Positions 18,982-29,646 of a stretch of DNA of 61,213 nucleotides are shown here, one piece after another. The notes beneath the pieces were generated by a model. It was not told the DNA's origin. It did not search any database and worked only from the letters and a program-made list of their open reading frames with translations. Location: contig JAAEPI010000323.1 of assembly GCA_024232835.1 (NCBI GenBank), positions 1 to 61,213 on the forward strand, in the 5' to 3' direction. Numbering within the stretch: the first letter of the stretch is position 1; each line of letters opens with the position of its first letter. A program made the translations under genes and the position numbers. The DNA is from Cytophagales bacterium. GTDB lineage: Bacteria; Bacteroidota; Bacteroidia; Cytophagales; Cyclobacteriaceae.

Positions 18982-19257
18982 TTACGGTGGGATGTGGCTC
19001 TGGCCGCATCCCACTTTTTGTTGGTTCCATACGGGTGCATTGGCTTGTAGCTCCTTTTCTAATCTAGCCGAGTGATCATAAAAATCTACTCCCATGTTGT
19101 GCCGAGGGGTGTCCACGAATTGAACCTTAATTCGATTGATATCGCTTTTAGTTGAAATGTCACAGTTGCTTGGTAGTTGGTAATAACCAGCAATGTAGTT
19201 GGCAGCTAGTTTGGCATGAGCGTCAGCCAATAGCCAAACATCCCATGGGTTGCACAA
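18982..19257 (-). CDS. hypothetical protein (doubtful)
   Basis: 91-codon ORF with a TTG start downstream of sdhB. Its 3' end overlaps the terminator hairpin. No motif recognised. Confidence 0.25.
   Translation of the reverse strand: MCNPWDVWLLADAHAKLAANYIAGYYQLPSNCDISTKSDINRIKVQFVDTPRHNMGVDFYDHSARLEKELQANAPVWNQQKVGCGQSHIPP
18987..19020 (+). terminator. rho-independent terminator
   Basis: GTGGGATG-12 nt-CATCCCAC followed by TTTTT, 20 nt after the stop of the 596-aa gene. Confidence 0.6.
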
Positions 19258-19350
19258 ACTAGGCCTATAACGAATAAAATTTTAAACTCGGGGTGAAAGA
19301 GTTTCTTGTACAATGGAACATACCCTTCTTCGAAATTGAGAAATTCTCGC

Positions 19351-20094
19351 TTATTTGAAACTGCTACTCAAATACTCTCGATTCATTCGAGCGATATTCT
19401 CTATAGAAATTCCTTTGGGGCATTCCACCTCGCACGCTCCTGTGTTGGTGCAGTTACCAAATCCTTCTTCGTCCATTTGGCTCACCATATTTTGAGCACG
19501 CTCGGCAGCTTCAACTTTTCCCTGAGGGAGTAAAGCAAATTGAGAAACTTTTGCAGATACGAAAAGCATGGCTGATGCATTCTTGCATGTAGCCACACAG
19601 GCTCCACATCCAATACAGGTCGCTGCATCCATTGCCATATCCGCATCTTCTTTTGGTACCGGTATAGCATTTGCATCTTGAGTATTTCCAGATGTGTTCA
19701 CGCTAATGAATCCCCCTGCCGACATAATCCGATCAAATGCTCCACGATCAACGACCAAATCCTTGATCACAGGAAAGGCTTTCGCTCTCCATGGTTCAAT
19801 GTGAATGGTTTCTCCGTCCTTGAACTCACGCATGTGAAGCTGGCATGTAGTGATTTCCTCACCTGGCCCGTGCGCTTCTCCGTTGATGAATAGTGAGCAC
19901 ATACCACAAATCCCCTCTCGACAGTCATGATCGAAAGCTACTGGCTCTTTACCTTCATTGACGAGTTGCTCATTGAGTATATCCATCATTTCCAGAAAAG
20001 AACTATCTGTAGAAATATTCTTTACCTGATAGGTTTCCAATTGGCCTTTCTCTTGGCTATTTTTTTGTCTCCAGACTTTGAGTGTAAGATTCAT
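19351..20094 (-). CDS. sdhB: succinate dehydrogenase/fumarate reductase iron-sulfur subunit
   Basis: 247-aa ORF with three Fe-S cluster motifs: [20 protein letters not shown] and [12 protein letters not shown]. Confidence 0.95.
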   Translation of the reverse strand: MNLTLKVWRQKNSQEKGQLETYQVKNISTDSSFLEMMDILNEQLVNEGKEPVAFDHDCREGICGMCSLFINGEAHGPGEEITTCQLHMREFKDGETIHIEPWRAKAFPVIKDLVVDRGAFDRIMSAGGFISVNTSGNTQDANAIPVPKEDADMAMDAATCIGCGACVATCKNASAMLFVSAKVSQFALLPQGKVEAAERAQNMVSQMDEEGFGNCTNTGACEVECPKGISIENIARMNREYLSSSFK

Positions 20095-20133
20095 ATTTAG
20101 TATTTAGTGAGTTTAGGATTTAGCGACAAGTTA

Positions 20134-20520
20134 CTAGGAGCTAGTTCCAGCATTCTCAAGTTTTTTCATAAGTGTGTTTAGCATTTTGCTTATCTCTACA
20201 AAGACGTTTTCAACATCGTCTGAATTTTTTATATAACCCAAGTCTTTCGACAATTCGAGCTGAGTTTCTAGCTCGTAAAGTGATCCCCGAGAAATTCTTA
20301 AGAACTGAATATAACTACCGGTGGTAGAGCACCCCCAACCTTCAGCGATATTTGAAGGTATGGATACTACAGCTCTTCTCATTTGACTTATCAAGCCAAA
20401 TTTTTCTTCATCTGGAAAGCGAGAAGTTAGAACGTATATTTCTTTAACCATCTTCATAGACTTTTGCCAAACAATAAGCTCTTTATAAGACTTCATTTCC
20501 CCTAATCCCTTGTTGCTCAA
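20134..20520 (-). CDS. four-helix-bundle protein (23S rRNA intervening-sequence / Avd family)
   Basis: 128-aa ORF. LIVWQKSMKMVKEIY...FPDEEKFGLISQMRRAVVSIPSNIAEG...FLRISRGSLYELETQL is the typical signature of this family (TIGR02436, from memory). Confidence 0.8.
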   Translation of the reverse strand: MSNKGLGEMKSYKELIVWQKSMKMVKEIYVLTSRFPDEEKFGLISQMRRAVVSIPSNIAEGWGCSTTGSYIQFLRISRGSLYELETQLELSKDLGYIKNSDDVENVFVEISKMLNTLMKKLENAGTSS

Positions 20521-20534
20521 TCCTCGATTCTTAG

Positions 20535-22544
20535 TTATTTATAAGATCTGGTTTTAAGTTCAATGTTTTTGTATTCCAATTCTTCCTTGTGAAACACCGC
20601 ATCAGCAGGTTCACCTTTATATTCCCAAGCCGAAACATGTTTGAAATTTTTATCATCACGTGCAGCTTCTCCCTCCTCTGACTTGTGTTCTTCACGGAAA
20701 TGGCCACCACAAGATTCTTCTCTGAGGAGTGCATCTCTCGCGAACAATTCTCCTAACTCAAGGAAGTCTGCGACTCGACCAGCCTTTTCCAATTCAAGAT
20801 TCATGCTGTCTGCTGCTCCAGGCACTTTTACATCCTTCCAAAAAGCCGCACGAATTTCCTTGATTTCTTTGATTGCATCCTGAAGACCTTTCGTGTCTCT
20901 AGCCATACCAACCTTATTCCACATGACTTTCCCAAGCTGCTTGTGGAAATGGTCTACTGAATGCTCACCTTTATTATTAATGAAGAAATCAATTTGATCT
21001 TTTACCGACTTTTCAGCTTCAGCAAATTCATCCGTATCTGTAGGTATCGAACCGGTTCGGATGTCATCTGCAAGATAATCTCCAATCGTGTAGGGAAGGA
21101 CAAAATAGCCATCCGCTAATCCTTGCATAAGAGCTGATGCTCCCAATCGATTGGCCCCATGATCAGAAAAATTGGCCTCTCCGATACAGTAGCAACCATC
21201 AATTGTTGTCATTAAATTATAATCCACCCACACGCCACCCATCGTGTAGTGAACTGCGGGATAAATTTTCATTGGGGTTTTGTATGGATTATCTGCTGTG
21301 ATTTTCTCATACATCTGGAAGAGGTTGCCATACTTATCTTCGACCACCTGTTCACCCAATTCTCGTATTTTCTCTTGAGAGGCATCATTCAATCCATGGA
21401 CATTTGCTTCTTCTTGTCCGTACCGCATAAATGCTGATGTGAAGTCCAGATAGACGGCCTCACCCGTTTCATTGGTTCCCACTCCAAATCCAGCATCTGA
21501 TCGTTCCTTTGCTGCGCGAGAGGCAACATCTCGCGGCACCAAATTTCCAAATGACGGATATCTTCTTTCCAGATAATAATCGCGATCTTCTTCTACTATT
21601 TCAGTTGGCTTCATTTTGCCAGCTCGGATAGCTTCTGCATCCTCTTTTTTCTTTGGAACCCAAATCCGCCCATCGTTTCGAAGAGACTCAGACATCAATG
21701 TCAACTTAGACTGCTGATCGCCGTGTTGCGGGATGCATGTCGGGTGGATTTGCGTGTAACAAGGGTTCGCAAAGTAGGCACCCTTCTTGTGGATTTTCCA
21801 ACCTGCAGATACATTTGATCCCATGGCATTAGTAGAAAGGAAAAATACATTTCCATACCCACCAGAGGCGATCACAACTGCGTGCGCGGAATGTCTTTCC
21901 AACTCTCCAGTGATTAGATTTCTTGCAATGATTCCTCTGGCTTTCCCATCCACAATCACAACCTCCATCATTTCATGCCGGTTATACATTTGGATTTTGC
22001 CTTTGCCGATCTGACGAGACATAGCAGAGTAGCAGCCAAGCAAGAGTTGTTGGCCTGTTTGCCCCTTGGCATAAAAAGTTCTGGACACTTGAACACCTCC
22101 GAAAGAACGATTGTCCAAGAGTCCGCCATAATCTCTTGCAAATGGAACACCTTGAGCCACGCATTGATCAATGATGTTGGCAGACACTTCAGCCAATCTG
22201 TAAACATTCGCTTCTCGAGATCTGTAGTCACCACCTTTGACAGTGTCATAGAATAAACGATAAGTAGAGTCGCCATCACCTTGATAGTTCTTTGCCGCAT
22301 TGATTCCACCTTGAGCAGCAATGGAGTGAGCTCGTCGTGGTGAATCTTGATAGCAAAAAGCTTTTACATTATATCCGAGCTCAGCAAGAGTAGCAGCGGC
22401 AGATCCGCCCGCCAATCCGGTTCCTACGATGATCACATCTATCGATCGCTTGTTGGCTGGATTTACCAGCTTAATGTTGTTTTTATGATTGGTCCACTTA
22501 TCTGCTATTGGACCTTCAGGTACTTTGGAATCTAGCTTGGTCAT
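20535..22544 (-). CDS. sdhA: succinate dehydrogenase/fumarate reductase flavoprotein subunit
   Basis: FAD motif [20 protein letters not shown], active-site CGGHFREE. The start is moved to MTKLDSK (22544) because the 681-codon ORF would otherwise overlap sdhC. Confidence 0.95.
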   Translation of the reverse strand: MTKLDSKVPEGPIADKWTNHKNNIKLVNPANKRSIDVIIVGTGLAGGSAAATLAELGYNVKAFCYQDSPRRAHSIAAQGGINAAKNYQGDGDSTYRLFYDTVKGGDYRSREANVYRLAEVSANIIDQCVAQGVPFARDYGGLLDNRSFGGVQVSRTFYAKGQTGQQLLLGCYSAMSRQIGKGKIQMYNRHEMMEVVIVDGKARGIIARNLITGELERHSAHAVVIASGGYGNVFFLSTNAMGSNVSAGWKIHKKGAYFANPCYTQIHPTCIPQHGDQQSKLTLMSESLRNDGRIWVPKKKEDAEAIRAGKMKPTEIVEEDRDYYLERRYPSFGNLVPRDVASRAAKERSDAGFGVGTNETGEAVYLDFTSAFMRYGQEEANVHGLNDASQEKIRELGEQVVEDKYGNLFQMYEKITADNPYKTPMKIYPAVHYTMGGVWVDYNLMTTIDGCYCIGEANFSDHGANRLGASALMQGLADGYFVLPYTIGDYLADDIRTGSIPTDTDEFAEAEKSVKDQIDFFINNKGEHSVDHFHKQLGKVMWNKVGMARDTKGLQDAIKEIKEIRAAFWKDVKVPGAADSMNLELEKAGRVADFLELGELFARDALLREESCGGHFREEHKSEEGEAARDDKNFKHVSAWEYKGEPADAVFHKEELEYKNIELKTRSYK

Positions 22545-22548
22545 ACCT

Positions 22549-23223
22549 TTAAAGTGAATTGATGTAATGAAAAAGAGCAATAAAAATGAACCCGAATGGA
22601 ATTAGGATTGCGTAGGCATTTCCTAGTTTCCTGATGGTCGGTGTGTACTTCCTATGATTTACACCCATAGATTGAAATGAAGACTGGAACCCATGCAGTA
22701 GATGCAAAGCCAACAAGATAAAAGCGAGACAATAGATACCCACCCGAATAGGGTCGTGAAATTTTTCCAGAAGCTCATGATGATATCTATTGGGATCGCT
22801 TGGATTTATTTCCACATACTTAAATGTCAGTTCGGGAATCCAGAAATCATAAAAATGGACTCCCATGAACAATAGAATGACAAGTCCACTATAAATCATA
22901 TTTCTGGACATCCAGCTAGAATTGGCTGAACCCTTATTCATTGCATAGTTTACTTCTCGTGAGTTTTTGTTTTTAAATTCCAAAACAAAACCCATGACGA
23001 AGTGGAAAACTATTCCAAAAAGAAGAATTGGCTGAATGACGAACTGTATCAAAGGATTGGTTCCCATGAAGTGGGATATGCCGTTGAAAGTTGCCTCACT
23101 AAATACTGAGGTCACATTAATTGCAAAATGTTGAAGTAGAAAAATTAGCAGAAAAAGCGCCGAAAGTGCCATGGCGAATTTCTTACCAATGGAACTGTTG
23201 AAAAACTGTTTGGTCCAACCCAT
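22549..23223 (-). CDS. sdhC: succinate dehydrogenase cytochrome b subunit (b558 family)
   Basis: 224-aa ORF with five TM helices and conserved His residues. It lies immediately upstream of sdhA. Confidence 0.85.
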   Translation of the reverse strand: MGWTKQFFNSSIGKKFAMALSALFLLIFLLQHFAINVTSVFSEATFNGISHFMGTNPLIQFVIQPILLFGIVFHFVMGFVLEFKNKNSREVNYAMNKGSANSSWMSRNMIYSGLVILLFMGVHFYDFWIPELTFKYVEINPSDPNRYHHELLEKFHDPIRVGIYCLAFILLALHLLHGFQSSFQSMGVNHRKYTPTIRKLGNAYAILIPFGFIFIALFHYINSL

Positions 23224-23412
23224 AATGGAACTGAGTAATTAGGTGGTTTTGATTAAAGTCAAAGGTAGTAGCGGAAGGGATGGCAAACAATGCACACTAT
23301 TATTTTGATTGATTCTAAATAAGGAAAATAGCAAGGTGTGAACATATTCGTTTGTTTTTTGAGTAGGCTTCTCATTTCACTTTATCATTGTGGTCTCTGA
23401 TTTTCTATTGAT

Positions 23413-26259
23413 ATGAAAAAGATTTTTAAGGTATTCTCCCTTTTCCTTTTTGCTTTTTGTTCGTACAGTGTATACGCTACTCACATAAGGGCATTGGAAA
23501 TTACAGCCCGACGAATTAGCGCAACGAATCTAACCTTTGAGTTTACCATCACAGGATACAGAGATATCGACGGGGTAGAGTTTGCTCCAGGAGATTTTAA
23601 CTTTGGAGATGGAAATATTGCAGAAAATGTGGAGTGGGTTTTTGTTGAAGATGTGGGAAATGATACGCAGAAATGGCAGTTCACTTTGGTACATGATTAT
23701 GCAGGACCCGGAGCATACAAAGTGAGCTATCGGGAGGCTTTTAGAAATGACGGAATAAGCAACATTGCTAATTCAGTTGGTACTTTCTATTATACGGAGA
23801 CACTTATTTTGATTGATCCGTTAATTGGTGTCAACAGTACACCAATCCTTACAGTTCCGCCAATTGATTTAGCAGGATCCGGTTTAATTTTTGTTCACAA
23901 CCCTGGTGCTTTTGATGAGGATGGTGATAGTTTGTCTTATGTGATGTCTATTCCTCAGCAAGATCGGGACTTTGAAGTAGGCGGATATAAAACGCTGATA
24001 AATCCTGAATTCTATGATAATTATAATCAAGGCAACCAAGACAATGATGGTCCGCCCACTTTGGTGTTGGATTCTATATCGGGAGATTTGATCTGGGATG
24101 CAGCTGGAATAGAGGGAGAATATAATGTATCATTCAGGGTTGAAGAGTGGCGAAAAATAAATGACGTTTATTTCAGGTTGGGCTTTGTTACAAGAGACAT
24201 GCAGATTATTGTTGAGGATACAGATAATGAGCCACCAGAATTGGACGTGCCTGATGAACTCTGTGTCGCTGCTAAAACCGTAATTGACAACACGATTTAT
24301 GACCCAGATATAGTTGGGACAGACCCTGATGGTCACCCCGTAACTTTGGAGGCATTTGGTGGACCGTTTGAAGTTTCACAGCCAGCTACTTTTTCACCTG
24401 ATCCTCCTACACCCCAAGGCCCTCCGGGAGTTTTGGATTTTGAATGGAATACGGACTGTAGTCATATTAGAAATAGGCCCTACGAAGTACGATTCAAAAT
24501 TGAAGACAATCCATCATTAAATGCACAGGGTGACCCAACAGCTCCTAAACTGGTAGATTTCGAAACTTGGGAGATTACGATCGTTGGCCCTGCGCCAACT
24601 GGATTAATTACGACTCCACTTTCTGGGAAAAGAATGCAACTTGATTGGGATAGCTATTTGTGTCCAAATACAGGAGCAGCCATGCAAGTTTGGAGACGCG
24701 TTGGCGAATTCCCTTTCCTTGCGGAGGGCTGTGAGATTGGTATTCCAGAAAACTCGGGATATGAAATGATTGCCAGTTTGCCAATTGATTCAGATGTTTT
24801 CATTGACAGCAATGATGAACTTGGATTGGCTCCAGGAGCGAATTACTGTTATAGATTGGTGGCTGTATTCCCGGAACCTAAAGGGGGAACTAGTTATGCA
24901 TCTGAAGAAGCTTGCGCGGAAATAAAAGCGATTGTTCCATTGATAACGAAAGTTGATGTTGTCTCTACTGATGAAGTTACGGGACAAATGAGGGTTGAAT
25001 GGATTGATCCCATAGATATTGACGTTGTTAAGTTTCCGGGTCCATACACGTATGATGTTCTTAGATCAACGAGCCAGCAAAAAGGAACTTTTGCTCCAAT
25101 TGATACGGATTTAACTGATAGATTTTTTGATGACTCAGACTTGAATACTGATGACTTGACTTATTCGTATAAGATTCTTCTCTATGACAACACTGGTCAG
25201 CCGGTCGATACTTCATATGCCGCATCATCTTTACGGCTAGAGTTGATACCGCAAGTTGGTGCCATGAAGGTAACGTGGAATGCTCTGGTTCCTTGGTCCA
25301 ATCTGGATCCCGATTTCCCAATCCATGAAGTTTATCGTGATAATACTAATCCAATGAACGCTTCAGAGTTACAACTAATTTCAAGTGTGGATGTCACACA
25401 ATCTGGATTTAGTTTTATAGATGACGGAAGTTTTAACGGTCAACCGCTTGACGATGAAGTGTCCTATTGCTACTTTGTGAGAGCTCAAGGTTCTTATGAT
25501 AATTCGGATCCAATTGTACCTGAACCGCTAATAAATAACTCTCAAATCCAATGTGCCCAACCAAATGATAAGGTTGCTCCGTGCACACCTCTTTCACTGG
25601 GTCTGGATCAATCGGTGAGCTGTGAAGCCCTTCTGGCAGCAAGTGGAAGCTGTGATTTCGATGCATTTCAAAATAAACTCGATTGGAATTTGGACACAGC
25701 TGCAGAGTGCGATGATGATGTTGCAAGTTTCAATTTGTATTTTTCAGCCACGGGGTTGGAAGACGATTACATTCTTTTGGCAAATACAACAGCAACTGTT
25801 TTTACTCACCTGGGACTTACTTCATTTAAAGGCTGCTATAAAATTTCATCCGTGGACAGATCAGGAAATGAAAGTGAGTTGAGCGATGAGGTATGTAACG
25901 ATAATTGCATTTTCAATTCAGGGGGTACACTTGGGTATGTGTTGCCAAATGCATTTTCTCCAAATGGAGATGGGATTAACGATACCTTTCGAGCTTTTGG
26001 AGACAATGATCCTGATTCTTGTCCACGATTTGTACTGGCTGTTGATTTTCTAGTAATAGATCGCACAGGCAAGAGTCTGTACACCTATTCATCCGGTGAA
26101 GAAGAGAATGATATTTATATCAATTGGGATGGAAAAACAGATAGCGGTCGGATTCTATCATCTGGAACCTATTATTATTCAGCTGTTGTTACATTTGACA
26201 CGCTTGATCCTTCAAAAGCCAAACACACGCTGAATGGATGGGTACAAATTCTGAAATGA
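23413..26259 (+). CDS. T9SS type B sorting domain-containing surface protein
   Basis: 948-aa ORF with a signal peptide. The C-terminal gliding-motility-associated domain reads LPNAFSPNGDGINDTFRAFG...YYYSAVV...GWVQILK. Confidence 0.85.
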   Translation: MKKIFKVFSLFLFAFCSYSVYATHIRALEITARRISATNLTFEFTITGYRDIDGVEFAPGDFNFGDGNIAENVEWVFVEDVGNDTQKWQFTLVHDYAGPGAYKVSYREAFRNDGISNIANSVGTFYYTETLILIDPLIGVNSTPILTVPPIDLAGSGLIFVHNPGAFDEDGDSLSYVMSIPQQDRDFEVGGYKTLINPEFYDNYNQGNQDNDGPPTLVLDSISGDLIWDAAGIEGEYNVSFRVEEWRKINDVYFRLGFVTRDMQIIVEDTDNEPPELDVPDELCVAAKTVIDNTIYDPDIVGTDPDGHPVTLEAFGGPFEVSQPATFSPDPPTPQGPPGVLDFEWNTDCSHIRNRPYEVRFKIEDNPSLNAQGDPTAPKLVDFETWEITIVGPAPTGLITTPLSGKRMQLDWDSYLCPNTGAAMQVWRRVGEFPFLAEGCEIGIPENSGYEMIASLPIDSDVFIDSNDELGLAPGANYCYRLVAVFPEPKGGTSYASEEACAEIKAIVPLITKVDVVSTDEVTGQMRVEWIDPIDIDVVKFPGPYTYDVLRSTSQQKGTFAPIDTDLTDRFFDDSDLNTDDLTYSYKILLYDNTGQPVDTSYAASSLRLELIPQVGAMKVTWNALVPWSNLDPDFPIHEVYRDNTNPMNASELQLISSVDVTQSGFSFIDDGSFNGQPLDDEVSYCYFVRAQGSYDNSDPIVPEPLINNSQIQCAQPNDKVAPCTPLSLGLDQSVSCEALLAASGSCDFDAFQNKLDWNLDTAAECDDDVASFNLYFSATGLEDDYILLANTTATVFTHLGLTSFKGCYKISSVDRSGNESELSDEVCNDNCIFNSGGTLGYVLPNAFSPNGDGINDTFRAFGDNDPDSCPRFVLAVDFLVIDRTGKSLYTYSSGEEENDIYINWDGKTDSGRILSSGTYYYSAVVTFDTLDPSKAKHTLNGWVQILK

Positions 26260-26654
26260 ATAATATAATTTTTTTTGATGGGGTTTGCAATCTTTGCAAT
26301 TCATCTATCAATTTCGTCATAGACCGAGACCCAAAGCTTTTTTTCAAATTTGCCCCTCTGCAATCTGCTATTGCTAAAAAAATGCTATCACCAGTCCAGG
26401 TTGATCCATCGGCTTTGGATGGGATAGTGTACTATAGAGATGGTGCGATCTATCAAAAAAGCAGAGCAGTGTTAGAAATTGTGAAAGAGATGAAAGGAGC
26501 TTGGCCGATTCTATATGTCTTTGTAATTGTTCCTGGTTTTGTTCGGGATCTTTTCTATAACTTGATAGCAAGAAATAGGTATAAATGGTTTGGTAAGCAA
26601 GAAACTTGTAGAATTCCAACGCCAGAATTAAAATCACGCTTTATTGAATCATAG
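26256..26654 (+). CDS. thiol-disulfide oxidoreductase DCC family protein (DUF393)
   Basis: FFDGVCNLCNSSINFV motif. The ATG overlaps the upstream TGA (ATGA). The ORF track also allows a start at 26238. Confidence 0.8.
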   Translation: MNNIIFFDGVCNLCNSSINFVIDRDPKLFFKFAPLQSAIAKKMLSPVQVDPSALDGIVYYRDGAIYQKSRAVLEIVKEMKGAWPILYVFVIVPGFVRDLFYNLIARNRYKWFGKQETCRIPTPELKSRFIES

Positions 26655-26661
26655 GATATAC

Positions 26662-26669
26662 TAATTTTG
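26662..26669 (+). promoter_or_regulatory. Bacteroidota -7 promoter box (TAnnTTTG)
   Basis: TAATTTTG lies 24 nt upstream of the fabD ATG. Confidence 0.4.
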
Positions 26670-26692
26670 TAGTCATCACTAATCAATCATCT

Positions 26693-27568
26693 ATGAAGGC
26701 ATATATATTCCCAGGTCAGGGAGCTCAATTTTCAGGAATGGGAAAAGAACTTTATGATAATCATTCGTTAGCTAAAGAACATTTCGATAGAGCAAATGAT
26801 ATTCTAGGTTTTAATATTACCAAAACAATGTTTGAGGGTACCGATGAGGAACTAAAGCAAACCAATGTTACTCAACCTGCAATATTTCTTCACAGCGTTT
26901 TGGCGGCTCTAACTTCTGAGGGTTTTGCACCAGATCTGGTAGCCGGACATTCGCTCGGTGAGTTTTCGGCTCTTGTTGCCAATGGTGCATTGAATTTTGA
27001 AGACGCGCTCACACTTGTTTCTAAACGAGCAAGTGCCATGCAAAAAGCATGTGAAATGAAGCCATCGACTATGGCTGCAATACTTGGCATGGATGATGAA
27101 ATAGTGGAAGAAATTTGTTCCAATACGCCTGGAATTGTTGTTCCAGCTAACTATAACTGTCTGGGCCAATTGGTGATATCTGGAGAGGTGGATGCGGTAG
27201 AGATCGCTTGCGAGAGTTTAAAAGAAGCTGGAGCGAAAAGAGCACTTATCCTTCCAGTTGGAGGTGCTTTTCATTCGCCATTGATGGAGCCGGCTAGACA
27301 AGAATTAGCGGACGCCATAGCCAATACCACATTTTCAACACCATCTTGTCCAGTGTATCAAAATGTAGATGCTTTGGCACATTCTAGTATTGAGGAAATT
27401 AAAGAGAACTTAATTAGCCAGCTGACAGCCCCTGTGCGATGGACTCAAATTGTACAGAAAATGATTTCGGATGGAGCTAGTGAGTTTATTGAATGCGGTC
27501 CGGGTAAGGTGCTGCAGGGATTGGTGAAAAAGGCAGACCGAGCCATGCCAGTTAGTGGAATTTCATGA
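26693..27568 (+). CDS. fabD: ACP S-malonyltransferase
   Basis: 291-aa ORF with FPGQGAQ, GHSLGEFSALV and GAFHSPLM motifs. Confidence 0.95.
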   Translation: MKAYIFPGQGAQFSGMGKELYDNHSLAKEHFDRANDILGFNITKTMFEGTDEELKQTNVTQPAIFLHSVLAALTSEGFAPDLVAGHSLGEFSALVANGALNFEDALTLVSKRASAMQKACEMKPSTMAAILGMDDEIVEEICSNTPGIVVPANYNCLGQLVISGEVDAVEIACESLKEAGAKRALILPVGGAFHSPLMEPARQELADAIANTTFSTPSCPVYQNVDALAHSSIEEIKENLISQLTAPVRWTQIVQKMISDGASEFIECGPGKVLQGLVKKADRAMPVSGIS

Positions 27569-27714
27569 GGTTTTCTAAGTACATAGCAATTTTGTCAATT
27601 CTGATGATTGGCTTTGTCGCTGAAGGATGTAAAAAAGGCCCTTCAAAATCAACGAAGAATACGAAAAAAATTAAGAAGGGGAAACCCATACCTTGTCCAT
27701 TAAAGGATTGCTAA
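27565..27714 (+). CDS. small basic lipoprotein (49 aa), absent from the ORF track
   Basis: MRFSKYIAILSILMIGFVAEGCKKGPSKSTKNTKKIKKGKPIPCPLKDC. Signal peptide plus lipobox-like VAEGC. ATGA overlap with the fabD stop. It ends 1 nt before the cmk start. Confidence 0.45.
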   Translation: MRFSKYIAILSILMIGFVAEGCKKGPSKSTKNTKKIKKGKPIPCPLKDC

Positions 27715-27715
27715 A

Positions 27716-28393
27716 TTGAAGAAAATAATAGTAGCCATTGATGGATATTCTGGAACCGGAAAGAGCTCCACAGCCAAGGAGGTGGCTCGTCAGCTGGACT
27801 ATATTTATGTAGACAGTGGAGCCATGTATCGGGCAGTAACCTACTATCTACTTCATCACAAAGTTGATATTTCAAATCAGAGTGAAGTGGAGAGGCATTT
27901 GGACTACATCCAATTACAATTCAAAAAAGTGGATGAGCAAAACATCCTTTTTATGAACGGGGAATCAATGGATACCAGGATTAGGACGATGGAAGTGAAT
28001 CAACTGGTGAGTGAGGTAAGTACTTTGATAACTGTACGACGAGAACTGGTGAAGCAACAAAAGAAAATTGGCGAGGAGAGAGGAATTGTAATGGACGGAA
28101 GAGATATTGGGACAGTTGTTTTTACAGACGCGGAACTAAAAGTATTTATGGTGGCATCTCTGGATGTGCGAGGTAAACGACGCAAGTTGGAGCTTCAAGA
28201 AAAGAATATTGATATTCCTTTAGAAGAAGTGATGAGCAACCTTAAAAAACGAGATAAAATTGATTCTGAACGAACGGAAGGTCCATTGAAGAAGGCACCT
28301 GACGCTTTGGAAATTGATACGTCGGATTTAACATTCGATCAACAAGTGACTAAAATCGTAGATCAGGCAAGGAAAGAAATTAATGCAAGTTGA
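27716..28393 (+). CDS. cmk: (d)CMP kinase
   Basis: 225-aa ORF with P-loop AIDGYSGTGKSS and DGRDIGTVV. TTG start. Confidence 0.9.
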   Translation: MKKIIVAIDGYSGTGKSSTAKEVARQLDYIYVDSGAMYRAVTYYLLHHKVDISNQSEVERHLDYIQLQFKKVDEQNILFMNGESMDTRIRTMEVNQLVSEVSTLITVRRELVKQQKKIGEERGIVMDGRDIGTVVFTDAELKVFMVASLDVRGKRRKLELQEKNIDIPLEEVMSNLKKRDKIDSERTEGPLKKAPDALEIDTSDLTFDQQVTKIVDQARKEINAS

Positions 28394-29255
28394 AATAGAC
28401 GATAAATCCGGCTACTGCTTTGGTGTAGAATTCGCCATAGAAATGGCAGAAGACGAAATGCTGGAAGCAGGAAGGCTTTATTGTTTGGGTGATATTGTCC
28501 ACAATACAATGGAAGTTGAGCGGTTGAAGGCCAAAGGGCTGGTAACAATAGATAGATCTCAACTCGAAAATTTGCATGATTGCAAAGTCCTAATTCGTGC
28601 CCATGGTGAACCACCTAAAACTTATCAGTTAGCAATTAAAAATAATATAGAACTTATTGATGCCTCTTGTCCTGTGGTGCTAAAGCTTCAAAATCGTGTA
28701 AAGAATTCTTTTGATTCGGCTAAAGCTCTCAACGGGCAAATTGTGATCTATGGAAAGCCAGGTCATGCTGAGGTGATTGGCCTAACTGGTCAGACATTGA
28801 ATGAAGCAATTGTAATTACAAATGAAGAGGATTTGGATCAATTAGATTTTTCAAGGCCAATTGCTCTGTATAGCCAGACCACAAAGAGCACCAAAGGGTT
28901 TTATCACATGAAGGAACTTATTGAAGCTCGTGTGTTGAAAGAAAAAGGAGAATTGCGAGCTGAAGATTTTAAGGCGAATGATAGTATTTGCAGACAAGTT
29001 TCGAATCGAGAACCTCAGATGGAAAGATTTTCTCAAGAGCATGACGTGATACTTTTTGTTGCTGGAAAGAAAAGCTCAAATGGCAGAGCTCTTTATCAGG
29101 TGTGTTTGAGTCACAATCCATGTAGCTATTACATTGAAAGCGAAAAAGAGATTGACACAGCATGGTTTTCGGAGGATGATCGAATTGGCATTTGCGGAGC
29201 TACTTCTACGCCCAGATGGCTGATGGAGCAGGTAGCAGACAGTATAAATGGGTAG
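28383..29255 (+). CDS. ispH: 4-hydroxy-3-methylbut-2-enyl diphosphate reductase
   Basis: 290-aa ORF with SGYCFGVEFAI, IVHNTMEV and conserved Cys positions. It overlaps the cmk end by 11 nt. Confidence 0.9.
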   Translation: MQVEIDDKSGYCFGVEFAIEMAEDEMLEAGRLYCLGDIVHNTMEVERLKAKGLVTIDRSQLENLHDCKVLIRAHGEPPKTYQLAIKNNIELIDASCPVVLKLQNRVKNSFDSAKALNGQIVIYGKPGHAEVIGLTGQTLNEAIVITNEEDLDQLDFSRPIALYSQTTKSTKGFYHMKELIEARVLKEKGELRAEDFKANDSICRQVSNREPQMERFSQEHDVILFVAGKKSSNGRALYQVCLSHNPCSYYIESEKEIDTAWFSEDDRIGICGATSTPRWLMEQVADSING

Positions 29256-29646
29256 AGGAGTTATGATTATTCGAATTTTTCTGGATACCCACTTTCTTTT
29301 CTCAGCAGACACATTGGATTGCTTTAAGCCTTTTTTTGCTCCATTCGGAGAATAATGGAACCCTCCTAACCTGAGCCTTCGAATTTGAGAGTCTGGTACA
29401 GTCCAAATGAAGGCATTGATTTGCATTTCGTATTTTACATTGGTAATAAAAACCGAAAGAGCAGATCAGTTCCTGAATGGCCTCAATTGGATTGTCAATC
29501 ATTCATTGTCAAGTACACCTGCATATTCGTGCTGAGTACGTAATTATGCCTTGTGGGTCTCCGCTTGCCACTCTAGATAACCACCAATAAAAACCGTAAA
29601 TTCTTTTTGATAAAATCCTGTTTTATTTGCCGATAAATCAAAACAT

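Noticed and set aside
29256-29646. 390-bp gap after ispH with overlapping minus-strand ORFs (29076..29426, 29302..29502) and protein-like snippets (KTGFYQKEFTVFIGGYLEWQAETHKA)
   Set aside because: The frames are interrupted and mutually overlapping and I recognise no family. This may be another decayed gene, but the evidence is insufficient.
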